NCBI GenBank assembly: GCA_048938005.1
Contig: JBHLMQ010000010.1
Location: 1 to 64,000, forward strand
Reading direction: 5' to 3'
DNA length: 64,000 nucleotides
DNA from: Promethearchaeota archaeon
GTDB taxonomy: Archaea > Asgardarchaeota > Lokiarchaeia > Sigyniarchaeales > SOKP01
The notes below the pieces were generated by a model. The model did not search any database. It saw only the letters and a program-made list of their open reading frames with translations, and was not told where the DNA came from. Shown piece by piece: positions 24,134 to 33,980 of the stretch. Position numbers and translations under genes: made by a program. Position 1 is the first letter of the stretch, and each line of letters starts with the position of its first letter.

Positions 24134-24979
24134 TCAACTTTTTATAATTATTTGATATGAAGCGACCATCATTCCATAATAGGAAGGGGATTCTCGAATT
24201 AATACATTTGGTTTAAAGTTGTCATTTCCTATCATTCCTTGGAGAATAGCAAATCCGATTAATCCACAGCACATTGCTTTATCTAAAATTGGGATGATTT
24301 TTTCAGTTAGAATTTGGCTATTCAAACTGGCTGCCCAATCTTGAATCATCTTATCAAATATTTCCGCTTCTTCTGAAAACCCATATGGCCCTTCCTTTTC
24401 ATGTGTATGACTAAGATCAGCACTTATTATTAAAGCTACTCTTTTATCAATTGATTCAAAAAACTTTTTCAAATGAGTTCCCAAAGATATTGATTCTGTT
24501 ATCATACTTTTTGCATGTTCCAACCTTCTCAGTGGTTGAGAGAGAATGATATATTCCAAATTTAATGGTAGGTCTTTTAAAAACCAGAGAGGTACCACTT
24601 CACCCCAATGCAAAGGAACACTTACACTTGATGAATATGCTGAAATTCCTTGAACTGCCATATCTTTAGTTTGCAGTAAATTTAAAAGTCTAGTAGATAA
24701 CTCTTGAGATAATCTTATATCTATACTAAATTCTCCATACTCACCATTCCACTCTGCTGTCCCACTCGCAAGCTTATTTAAGTATATCCCATAATCGTAA
24801 GACAATGCAATACTATGAGGAGTTGTTAGAAAAATTACATCAGGAGATAATTGATTAATAATTTTCCCGATTTTTTTCATTGCATCGTGTAATCTAATTA
24901 CCTGTTTTGAAATCCCATTCTTCTTAGGATCTAAAATCATGGATCCATGAGGGAGAATAAATGCTCCTACAATTCCCAT
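24134..24979 (-). CDS. Class III extradiol dioxygenase subunit B / Memo-like protein
   Basis: LPHG, TTPH, SADLSHTH...GPYGF, CG and SYYGM motifs. Confidence 0.75.
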   Translation of the reverse strand: MGIVGAFILPHGSMILDPKKNGISKQVIRLHDAMKKIGKIINQLSPDVIFLTTPHSIALSYDYGIYLNKLASGTAEWNGEYGEFSIDIRLSQELSTRLLNLLQTKDMAVQGISAYSSSVSVPLHWGEVVPLWFLKDLPLNLEYIILSQPLRRLEHAKSMITESISLGTHLKKFFESIDKRVALIISADLSHTHEKEGPYGFSEEAEIFDKMIQDWAASLNSQILTEKIIPILDKAMCCGLIGFAILQGMIGNDNFKPNVLIRESPSYYGMMVASYQIIIKS

Positions 24980-25074
24980 ATTTATTCAATTAGATCTTAT
25001 TATTAAATTTAAAAATTTTGGTTAGAATTTTTAACTAAATCTATTATGTTAAAAATAATTTAGACGCTAGACGC

Positions 25075-25809
25075 TTATTTATATTCAGTTTCATTTATTA
25101 TCAAATTGGGAGCAGTAAATCCTTTTTGAATTTTTCGTAATGTATATTTCCGAAATTCCTTACTTGTGAAATTTTGAGTTCCAAATTGTGTACGTTCCTC
25201 TACTTCCTTTCCTTTTTTATTATTCGTCTCTTCAATATCCCGCATAGCCTTTTCCACCATAGTTGCTCCTAACAATAGGCTAAACATAAAGAATGAGAGT
25301 AAAGCAGCATTTTTTTCTTTGATCTCTCCTTGATGAATTGCTTTTTGAATTACGCGAGTAGTTCCATCTAGAAAGCTAAATTGTTTATATTCTTTTTCAA
25401 ATGGGCCAATTTTTTCTGATGGAGGGGAGTATATAATGTGCATCATCCGAAAAGCCGCATAATCTTTTTCTGCAAACTCAAAAAAGTGTTCAAAAATTTT
25501 TAATAATAGATCTATGGTTGTACCATTAAACTCCTTGATGATCTTCCGGTTTTCATTGCGATATTTTTCATAAAACTTCTTTCTTATTGCAATCCATAAT
25601 TCTCGTTTACTTTCTACATAATTATAAAGATTATTTTGATTCATATCTAACTTTTTTGCTAATTTATGTAGTGTAAAACCATCTCGTCCGTGTTCTTGAA
25701 ATAATTGCTTTCCTACTTCCAAAATTTTTTCAAATTGTTGGGCTTTTTTTTCGGGCGAACGAGCTCTTGTCTTTTTACCCTTAAATTTAATTGTCTTTTG
25801 ATCCACCAT
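25075..25809 (-). CDS. TetR/AcrR family transcriptional regulator
   Basis: HTH FTLHKLAKKLDMNQNNLYNYVESKREL. Likely start is ATG 25809, not 25899. Confidence 0.88.
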   Translation of the reverse strand: MVDQKTIKFKGKKTRARSPEKKAQQFEKILEVGKQLFQEHGRDGFTLHKLAKKLDMNQNNLYNYVESKRELWIAIRKKFYEKYRNENRKIIKEFNGTTIDLLLKIFEHFFEFAEKDYAAFRMMHIIYSPPSEKIGPFEKEYKQFSFLDGTTRVIQKAIHQGEIKEKNAALLSFFMFSLLLGATMVEKAMRDIEETNNKKGKEVEERTQFGTQNFTSKEFRKYTLRKIQKGFTAPNLIINETEYK

Positions 25810-26157
25810 TCTTTTCACAAAATCAAAAAAGTAATTAAAGAGATAAGTATTATTACATTTTAAATTACATTTATTTATTAAATATTGAAATATATTCATA
25901 TTATTTAAAAATTGTTAATAAAAGGTATGAGATTTTAAAAAAAAGGAAAGATCTATAAATTTGAAATTGCTAAACTCCATACTTTTTAAATACAGCTTCT
26001 TTAATTCCCTTTTTACTGTATTAGATTGATGTATTTTAAATAGACATTACTCATTAAAAATCTTTTTAAAAAAAGTTAAAATATTAATTAATAAGAAACG
26101 AAAATAATTGGTTTTTTATTCCAAAATATTTTTTAGAAGCAACCAAAGTGGTCTATA

Positions 26158-27102
26158 ATAGAGTCAATATCTAAAGGATTAATCTTTAAAATTGAGAGAA
26201 TGGCTACTGATGATGGTCCTGGTATTCGTACAACAATTTTTTTTAATTATTGCCTTTTAAATTGTGTTTGGTGTCACAATCCAGAATCAATTCCAAAAAA
26301 ACCTCAACTTCAATGGATAGATCGTAAATGCATTGGCTGCAATAGTTGTATAGATGCTTGCCAAGAGTATGCTTTATTTTTTGAAGAAGATGGGTTACAT
26401 ATTAACAGAGAGAAATGTAATAGTTGTGGATTTTGTGTAGAAGCATGCCCTAGTACGGCATTAACGATGTTTGGGGAATGGTGGGATTTATATGCTCTTT
26501 TTCACGAAATAGAAAAAGAAAAAATATTTTTTAATAAAACAAAAGGAGGTATAACTGTTTCTGGTGGTGAACCTACATTACAACCAGATTTTCTTTTAAA
26601 TTTTTTGAAATTATGCAAGAAAAGTGACATATCTACAGCTCTAGATACATGTGGATATTCAAGTAAAAAAGTTTATGAGAAGATACTACCCTATGTTGAT
26701 ATTGTTCTTTTAGATATAAAGCTTATGGATCCTAATAAACATAAAAAATATACAGGAGTTACAAATGAAAGAATTTTAGAAAATGCTAAATGGATTTCGA
26801 ATTATATCAAAGAAAATGGAAAGAAATTATGGATTAGGACACCATTAATACCAAAATATACTGCTACAGATGAAAATGTTAAAGGAATTGGAGAATTCAT
26901 TGTAAATAAATTAAATAATATTCCTGAAAGATGGGAATTATTAAGTTTTAACAAACTATGTGATATTAAATATTCAAGGCTAGGTATGTCGTGGATTCTT
27001 AAAGATGAGCCCTTAATGACAAAAGAAGAAATGGAACATTTTCAGAAAGTTGCTAAAGAAGTTGGAGTGAAAAACGTAAAATGGTCTGGTTTAACTAGAT
27101 AA
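26158..27102 (+). CDS. Glycyl-radical enzyme activating protein with 2x[4Fe-4S] insert
   Basis: GLIFKIER...DGPGIRT, CLLNCVWCHNPES, two ferredoxin motifs and GGITVSGGEP. The conserved N-terminus lies upstream of ATG 26200, so the start is tentatively placed at ATA 26158. Confidence 0.9.
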   Translation: MESISKGLIFKIERMATDDGPGIRTTIFFNYCLLNCVWCHNPESIPKKPQLQWIDRKCIGCNSCIDACQEYALFFEEDGLHINREKCNSCGFCVEACPSTALTMFGEWWDLYALFHEIEKEKIFFNKTKGGITVSGGEPTLQPDFLLNFLKLCKKSDISTALDTCGYSSKKVYEKILPYVDIVLLDIKLMDPNKHKKYTGVTNERILENAKWISNYIKENGKKLWIRTPLIPKYTATDENVKGIGEFIVNKLNNIPERWELLSFNKLCDIKYSRLGMSWILKDEPLMTKEEMEHFQKVAKEVGVKNVKWSGLTR

Positions 27103-27125
27103 TTATAAAATAAAGGGGTGGTTTT

Positions 27126-28421
27126 TTGGAAAATAAAACTGAGCAAATGTCTGATCAAATAAGTGAACAACTAAGAGCTCTTATGAATTTGTTGAAAGGA
27201 AGAGCACCTGCAGGATTATTAACTGCTTTTCGATCCCCACAGATTATATTTGGACTGACAGCATTAAACAGGATAAAGAATTTCTTAGATGGTAATCTTA
27301 AAGAAGGAGAAAGAAGAGTTTTAATAATAACAGATGATTTTACTGAAAAGTTTGCTAGTCCTATAAGTAATGTATTAAGTAAAATAAATATAGATTCAAG
27401 GGTATGGTCTGGAGTAAAACAAGAGGCGCCTATCGATACTATTGATGAAGTAGTTAAAATATGTGAGGATTTCAAACCTAAAGTATTTGTAGCAATTGGT
27501 GGAGGGAGCGTACTTGACACTACGAAAGGGTTAATGATTAAATACGAGAAACCTGAAACAAATCTATTTATGGTTTCAGCTTTAGAACCTCTTGGTTTAC
27601 GCAAAAAATTTAAATATTTTATAGCTATTCCAACAACATCAGGAACTGGATCTGAAGTTACTCTTGCGTCGATGTTAACTGATATATATCGTGATCCTCC
27701 GAAAAAATTTATCGTCTCTCATCCGGAATTGATTCCTGATTTTGCAGTTTTAATTACTGATTTTGTACAAGATATGCCACCTTTTTTAACCATGGCTACA
27801 GGACTTGATGCATTAGCTCACGCAGCAGGATCTTATGTATCAAATGTAGGAACTCCATTTGCCGATGCCATGAATATATATGCTATTAAAGAAATAATAA
27901 AGTATTTACCTCGTGCATATAAATATGGAGCTAAAGATATAGAAGCAAGATCACATATGCAAATAGCAGCATCGATGGCAGGACTTGGATTTATTCATTC
28001 TCGTGTTGGAATTGATCATGCCTTAGGCCATAGTTTAGGTACAGTACTCCATGTTCATCATGGACTTTGTGTAGGGATGTTTCTACCGTATACAATTGGT
28101 TTCCAAATGAAAATTTCAGAAAGGTGGAAAGATTTGTGTCCACTTTTTGGAATTGATACTAAAAATAAAGACAATAATGAGTTATCTATTGAATTTCTTC
28201 AAAGTATTAAAGATTTCATACATTCATTAGATGGTCCTGTATGTGTAAAAGAAATAAAGAATCCTGTTATTACTGAGGAGGACTACTATAAAAATCTAGA
28301 TCTTTTAGTAAATTATGCTGAAACAGATTCCGTAGCTTTCATGGTTGCTCGTTATATCGATAGCGAAGTTATAAAAAGAATATTTGAATATGCTTGGGAT
28401 GGTAAAACCATTGATTTTTAA
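27126..28421 (+). CDS. Iron-containing alcohol dehydrogenase
   Basis: GGGSVLD, PTTSGTGSE, DALAH and HALGH...HHG. Confidence 0.92.
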   Translation: MENKTEQMSDQISEQLRALMNLLKGRAPAGLLTAFRSPQIIFGLTALNRIKNFLDGNLKEGERRVLIITDDFTEKFASPISNVLSKINIDSRVWSGVKQEAPIDTIDEVVKICEDFKPKVFVAIGGGSVLDTTKGLMIKYEKPETNLFMVSALEPLGLRKKFKYFIAIPTTSGTGSEVTLASMLTDIYRDPPKKFIVSHPELIPDFAVLITDFVQDMPPFLTMATGLDALAHAAGSYVSNVGTPFADAMNIYAIKEIIKYLPRAYKYGAKDIEARSHMQIAASMAGLGFIHSRVGIDHALGHSLGTVLHVHHGLCVGMFLPYTIGFQMKISERWKDLCPLFGIDTKNKDNNELSIEFLQSIKDFIHSLDGPVCVKEIKNPVITEEDYYKNLDLLVNYAETDSVAFMVARYIDSEVIKRIFEYAWDGKTIDF

Positions 28422-28444
28422 ATTGTTTGGAGTGGTTTAAAAAA

Positions 28445-30328
28445 ATGAATGATAAATTATATGGATATAACGGAAAAATTCTTTTTGTGGATTTAAGCAG
28501 AGAAAGTTTTGAAATAAAGGATTTAAATCCTGAAATTGCTCAAAAATATTTAGGGGGAACAGGATTAAGTGCGAAAATAACATATGATCTACTCTCAGAA
28601 GAAGATTACAATAAATTGAAAGAAAATCCTTACTTAGAAATTAATCCTTTAATTTTTGCTACTGGTCCTATTACAGGCACTATTCGCCCAGCTTCAGGTC
28701 GCTATACTGTGAGTGGTATTTCACCTTTAACCGGTATTTGGGGTGAGGGATCTTCGGGAGGTTTGTTCTGTATCGCTTTGAGAAATAGTGGATTTGATGC
28801 TGTTGTTTTCTTGGGAAAAATAAATAGATTAAGCTATGTATATATTCATGATGGAAAAATAGAGTTTAAAGATGCTTCAAAATTTCATGGTAAAGATTGC
28901 TACGAAACTCAAAAACTAATTAAAGATGAATTAAATGTTCCAAACATTTGGATAGCTTGTATTGGCCCAGGGGGAGAAAACCTTGTTAAATATAGCGCTA
29001 TAATGAATGATGAAGGGAGAGTAGTAGGTAGATGTGGATTAGGAGCTCTTATGGGTTCAAAGAATTTGAAAGCATTAGTAGTACATGGAAAAGAAAAGAT
29101 TAATCTAGCAGACAATGAACTAGGGAAAAAATTAAGAAAACAAGCACAACTTGAAAGGGAAGCAAACCCGATGGGAGAAGTAGGAACTTTACTTTTTAAT
29201 TTATATGGTACTAATATGTACCTCGATCTAGGGATGGTTATTGGTGATACACCAGGATATTATTTTACAGAAACAGAATTTTTTGCCGAGAATTTAACAG
29301 GGAAAACTCTAAGAGAAGAATATCCGATGTTCAGTTATGGGTGTGCAGGTTGTACAATAAAGTGTGGTAAATCGACAATTATTAAAACGGATGAGATTGA
29401 AATTGAAAGCGATGGACCAGAATATGAATCTGTTGCAGCATTAGGTACTTTATGTGGTGTTTTTAATTCAAAATCAGTAGTTCTTGCAAATCATCTATGT
29501 AATAAATTTGGTATCGATACTATTTCTTGTGGAGTCTCAATTGCTTTTCTAATTTATTTAGTTGAAAACAATCTAGGGATTAAGAAAATAAAGCAATTTT
29601 TGAATGATATTCCAATGGAAGATATTATGTGGGGAAATGGAGAAGTTGTTTGCAAACTTATTGAAAAAATAGTTAAAAGGGAAGGTATCGGGGATATTCT
29701 TGCAGAAGGTGTGAAAATTATGGCTAGGAAGTTGGAAGTGGATCCTGAATTAGCAGCACATGTAAAAGGTTTAGAAATCCCTATGCATGACCCACGGGCA
29801 TTTGTTGGACAGGCATTAAGTTATATGACAGGATGTGTTGGTGCAAATCATAATAAATGTGATTGGTATAAAGTGGAATCGGGAACAATTAACTTTAAAA
29901 TTCTCCATATTAAAAAAAGCAAAAACAGATATGATATAACAGGAAGAGAAAAAGGAGTTGTAAATTTTCAAGATCTTAGAGCTATTGATGATTCAGCAGT
30001 GAATTGCAATTTTGCAACCCCTAAACTTGAACATATTATTGGTTATATAAACGCTGCTACAGGATTTAATTATGATAGAAAATCGCTAATAAAGGTTGGA
30101 GAGCGAATAAACAATTTGAAACGTTTAATTAATTGTAATTTAGGAATTACAAGGAAAGACGATAGATTATCCAATCATAATATGAAAGTGTTATCATCAG
30201 GAAGTATAAAAAATGTAAAACTCGATTTAGAAGACAATTTAAAGAAGTATTATAATATTCGGGGATGGGATTGGGAAACAGGAAGACCAACTAAAGAAAA
30301 ATTAAAAGAATTAGAAATAATATCATAA
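28445..30328 (+). CDS. Aldehyde:ferredoxin oxidoreductase (W/Mo AOR family)
   Basis: GRCGLGALMGSKNLKA, CAGCTIKC, GPEYE, DTISCG and HDPR. ATG 28445 follows GGAGTGG. Confidence 0.92.
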   Translation: MNDKLYGYNGKILFVDLSRESFEIKDLNPEIAQKYLGGTGLSAKITYDLLSEEDYNKLKENPYLEINPLIFATGPITGTIRPASGRYTVSGISPLTGIWGEGSSGGLFCIALRNSGFDAVVFLGKINRLSYVYIHDGKIEFKDASKFHGKDCYETQKLIKDELNVPNIWIACIGPGGENLVKYSAIMNDEGRVVGRCGLGALMGSKNLKALVVHGKEKINLADNELGKKLRKQAQLEREANPMGEVGTLLFNLYGTNMYLDLGMVIGDTPGYYFTETEFFAENLTGKTLREEYPMFSYGCAGCTIKCGKSTIIKTDEIEIESDGPEYESVAALGTLCGVFNSKSVVLANHLCNKFGIDTISCGVSIAFLIYLVENNLGIKKIKQFLNDIPMEDIMWGNGEVVCKLIEKIVKREGIGDILAEGVKIMARKLEVDPELAAHVKGLEIPMHDPRAFVGQALSYMTGCVGANHNKCDWYKVESGTINFKILHIKKSKNRYDITGREKGVVNFQDLRAIDDSAVNCNFATPKLEHIIGYINAATGFNYDRKSLIKVGERINNLKRLINCNLGITRKDDRLSNHNMKVLSSGSIKNVKLDLEDNLKKYYNIRGWDWETGRPTKEKLKELEIIS

Positions 30329-30449
30329 ATCCTAATAAGATGAAATTATAACGAATTATTTTAAGGATAATAGGAATCTAGCAATATTAAAAAAATATAA
30401 ATGAAAAATAATTTTTTAGATATTTTAGAAGTTAAGTTTAAAGTACAGT

Positions 30450-32897
30450 TTATAATTCATTGAATACGGTTCTTGCGATAATGTCATCCTGAAGCTCTTT
30501 AGTGATCTCTATAAAACGAGCGGAATAACCTGTAACCTTAACTGATAAGTCAGGATATTTTTCTGGATGAGCTTGCGCATCCCTCAATATTTCTGAACTT
30601 ATTGGATTTATCTGAAGCTCTCGTCCTCCTAACTCTAAATAAGCCTCTACTATAGAAGCCATATTTTCGAGTCCCTCATCTGTTTGTATTAAGCTTGGGT
30701 TGATTCTTATATTCATTGCTGCTCCATTAGTTAGATGAGGTTCAGCCGTTGCATAAGCTACTGATCGGAGTGCCATGGTAAGACCATTCTTTTCTGTACC
30801 ATTTGCAGGAGAAATACCGTTTGCTACAGGTTCACCTAATAATCTTCCATCTGCAGTTGCCCCTATTTTTTTACCCTCATTAACCTGAGATCCAGCAGCA
30901 GATACAAGGCAATTATGATATATACCATCACCACCTCTAGCCTTATATTTTCTTGTAAGATCACATAGGGTATTTGCTACCCATTTTGCGAGTTCATCTG
31001 TCCTCTCATCACCATTACCATATTTGGGAGCCTTATTTCGTAATGTTTCTCGAAGTTCTTTTGCCCCCTTGAAATTTTTACGCATGTGGTTAAGCAATTC
31101 TTCCAGTGTCACTAATTTTTCTTCAAATACTGCCCAGCGAATTGCTGCTAAGGAATTAGTTACGGTAGCTAATCCTTGTGAACCCATAGGATTATTATTG
31201 TAACGTGCTCCATTTCGAGTTGCATCCATTCCGCTTTCGAGACATCCTTCTATTGTAGATGAAAGCAACGGAGAAGGTAAATAATCAGCAAATGCTTTAT
31301 CCTTTAACTCAGCCTTTTTCACAGTGAGATCTATTGCAAAAGTAAGTTGGTCTACAAAAGCCTTTTTGACATCTTCAAAAGTTTTAAAAGTACTGGCCGG
31401 GGGTGTTTTCGCTCCAATAGTTTTATTTCCTGAAAAAAGAGTACGTCCCTCATTTAATGCCATATTAAGAACGACTGAAATCTCAACAATATTACCTGCA
31501 GTATAAGAGAAATCATTCCCAGTGCCCGTTGGTTCTACACACCCTACGAGTGAATAATCTCGGGCATCTTCTAATGAATATCCTGTATTATAAAGCTGCG
31601 GTACTAAAACTTCATCATTATGAATTCCCATTCCGGCGGTATATTTAAAAGCTTCAATAGTTCTTTTTATAAAATCACGGGGTGATTTAGAAGAAATTCG
31701 TATCGATAAAGTATTTAATAGACTTTTTACATTTGCAATAGCTTCAAGAAACATATAAGACACATCATTGGTGGCATCATTTCCATCTTTATCTAATCCA
31801 CCAATAGTTACATTGTTCTGTCCAGCTATAACGACAGAAGCAAGTTTAACTAAATATTCCTCAATTGCTTCTAAAGCTTCCTCATCAGTAATTCGCCCTT
31901 CTGCTAAATCAGCTACGTAATATGGGTAAAGATATTGGTCTACTCGCCCTTGAGAAAATATATTTCCTTCGCCATAACTCATTTCCAAAACTACATTTGT
32001 CATCCATATTGATTGAAGTGCTTCCATAAAAGTTCTAGGTGGGAGGGCTGGTACTCGTCTTACTCGTTCAGCAATTTCTAGAAGTTCGGCTTTTCTTGTT
32101 TCTGGTGCATTTTCCGTCATTTCCATTGCGAGATCAGCATAGCGATTGGAATAATCGCAGACCGCTCTTGCTGCCACCACAACTGATTCATAAAAATCCT
32201 TGTGTTGGTCATAATTTTCATCTGTCTCCTTGAGTTTCGAAAGTCCTTCTTCCGCCATCTTTTCAATTCCTCTAAATCCCATTTTAAGAACTCGTCTATA
32301 TCCCGGAATGACATGTCCTTGACCACTAGCAATTGCAAACAAATTAGTACCGCCCATAGAACCAGCAAAAGGAAAAGTCGTAAAGCCCTTTGGCTCCTCA
32401 TATAAACCTGCCTCTTTCCAATATTCTAACTTTCGATCTGCTACTGTTCTTCCTTTCCAGAAGGGGATAATTTCGTTTTTCAACTCATCAATTTCTTGTT
32501 CTGTTAAGGGAACATAACGATTTATTAAAGAAAAATTTGCAATGAAATTATCTCTTATTTTTTTATCTATTGAATCATCATAGATAAACCCAAAAAGTCT
32601 ATTACGCATTCCACGTTCTATTTCGATTGGATCGGCTCTTACTTTACTAGATTTTACACCTACAAGTAGCTCGTCTTCCTCAATCCTTATTGGTAGGCAT
32701 CGTAAAAATTCCTCTAATGCTTTAACATTCTTCATACATGGAGGAGCATCTTCCATTTGTTTATATATTCTTGTATAACAACGAGCACGCTCAAGATCAA
32801 GTTCTCTAGGCATAGAGAGCATTCTATCTCTAATCTTTCGAACCCTTTCTGAAGGTATCCCTTGAAGAGGTATCATTTTAATATCTTGAATTACCAT
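30450..32897 (-). CDS. Glycyl radical enzyme (PFL2/eliminase-like), substrate unknown
   Basis: GRVDQYLYPYY, Cys loop GCVEP and glycyl-radical loop VKVTGYSARF. Confidence 0.93.
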   Translation of the reverse strand: MVIQDIKMIPLQGIPSERVRKIRDRMLSMPRELDLERARCYTRIYKQMEDAPPCMKNVKALEEFLRCLPIRIEEDELLVGVKSSKVRADPIEIERGMRNRLFGFIYDDSIDKKIRDNFIANFSLINRYVPLTEQEIDELKNEIIPFWKGRTVADRKLEYWKEAGLYEEPKGFTTFPFAGSMGGTNLFAIASGQGHVIPGYRRVLKMGFRGIEKMAEEGLSKLKETDENYDQHKDFYESVVVAARAVCDYSNRYADLAMEMTENAPETRKAELLEIAERVRRVPALPPRTFMEALQSIWMTNVVLEMSYGEGNIFSQGRVDQYLYPYYVADLAEGRITDEEALEAIEEYLVKLASVVIAGQNNVTIGGLDKDGNDATNDVSYMFLEAIANVKSLLNTLSIRISSKSPRDFIKRTIEAFKYTAGMGIHNDEVLVPQLYNTGYSLEDARDYSLVGCVEPTGTGNDFSYTAGNIVEISVVLNMALNEGRTLFSGNKTIGAKTPPASTFKTFEDVKKAFVDQLTFAIDLTVKKAELKDKAFADYLPSPLLSSTIEGCLESGMDATRNGARYNNNPMGSQGLATVTNSLAAIRWAVFEEKLVTLEELLNHMRKNFKGAKELRETLRNKAPKYGNGDERTDELAKWVANTLCDLTRKYKARGGDGIYHNCLVSAAGSQVNEGKKIGATADGRLLGEPVANGISPANGTEKNGLTMALRSVAYATAEPHLTNGAAMNIRINPSLIQTDEGLENMASIVEAYLELGGRELQINPISSEILRDAQAHPEKYPDLSVKVTGYSARFIEITKELQDDIIARTVFNEL

Positions 32898-32924
32898 AAT
32901 TCATATATAGTATTTTTTATTAAT

Positions 32925-32945
32925 TAAATTTACGACGTAAATTTA
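32925..32945. promoter_or_regulatory. Perfect 10-1-10 palindrome upstream of the GRE gene (candidate operator)
   Basis: TAAATTTACG-A-CGTAAATTTA, 28-48 bp upstream of the start codon. Confidence 0.6.
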
Positions 32946-33147
32946 TTTAAAATTAAGTATAATAAAATATTTAATAATTTCTATAATTCATTAATTTTAG
33001 TTAGAATTCTATTTATCTATGCAATCAAAATGAAGAAAGAGATGAATATCCAAAAGGAATAGATATAAATCTTTTTGGTTAACTTAAGATTGTTTAATAC
33101 AAAAAATTGTAAGAGAATTTAATAAAAAATAAGCATCAATTCGTATG

Positions 33148-33909
33148 TTAGCGCCCTTTAAATATTGGCTTCCTCTTTTCCTTAAGCGCTGCCTTACCTT
33201 CCTTGAAGTCTTCACTAATTAATTGAGGTTGAATAAAAGCCTCAAATTCCTCCCGTGCTAAACGCATCGCTCTTCTTCCTTCATTCTCCATGATCTTATA
33301 GTGTCCATATTTAATCGCCCTTAATGATAATGGTGCATTGTCACGCAGTATTTCAGCCATTTTAATAGCTTCCTTCATGAGCTCTTCTTTATTTTTTGTT
33401 ACACCGTTTATTAACCCTAATTCATAAGCTCGTTGAGCCCCCAATGGCTTCCCTGACATGTAAAATTCCATAGATGCCTTAAAAGGCATATAAGGTCTAT
33501 AATCTACAATTGTACCAACAATTCCAACATAGACCTCGCCAAAGATAAACTTGGTATCTTCTGTAGCATAGGTTATATCTGTGCCTATAACTCCAAGTCC
33601 ATATCCACTACCAATTACATTTCCATGGACCGCTCCAACGATGGGTTTCAGGATTTTAGTACCATTGGGTGGAAATGCTTTAAGAAGATCATTTAACAAT
33701 CCTTCGACATAAATATCTGCCCCTCGACTAAAGTCTGGACCTTTTGCACTGAGAATTGCTACTCTGCTTTCTTTATCGTTGGCAAAGCGCGCCCATGCTG
33801 CTCCTAAAGCTCTACATAAAGGGGGATCCAATCGATTATTTTCTGGATTGTCTATTGTAAGGTATGCAATCTGATCTTTAACTTCATAAATTAAAACTTC
33901 ACTTGCCAT
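33148..33909 (-). CDS. Enoyl-CoA hydratase/isomerase family protein
   Basis: FSRGAD, KPIVGAVHGNVIGSG and EDFKEG...EKRKPIFKGR. Confidence 0.9.
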   Translation of the reverse strand: MASEVLIYEVKDQIAYLTIDNPENNRLDPPLCRALGAAWARFANDKESRVAILSAKGPDFSRGADIYVEGLLNDLLKAFPPNGTKILKPIVGAVHGNVIGSGYGLGVIGTDITYATEDTKFIFGEVYVGIVGTIVDYRPYMPFKASMEFYMSGKPLGAQRAYELGLINGVTKNKEELMKEAIKMAEILRDNAPLSLRAIKYGHYKIMENEGRRAMRLAREEFEAFIQPQLISEDFKEGKAALKEKRKPIFKGR

Positions 33910-33980
33910 TTTTTCACCTTTTCTAACTTTAAATAGATTATTTAATAGATATTACTCTAATATTTTATCTAAACTTTTAT

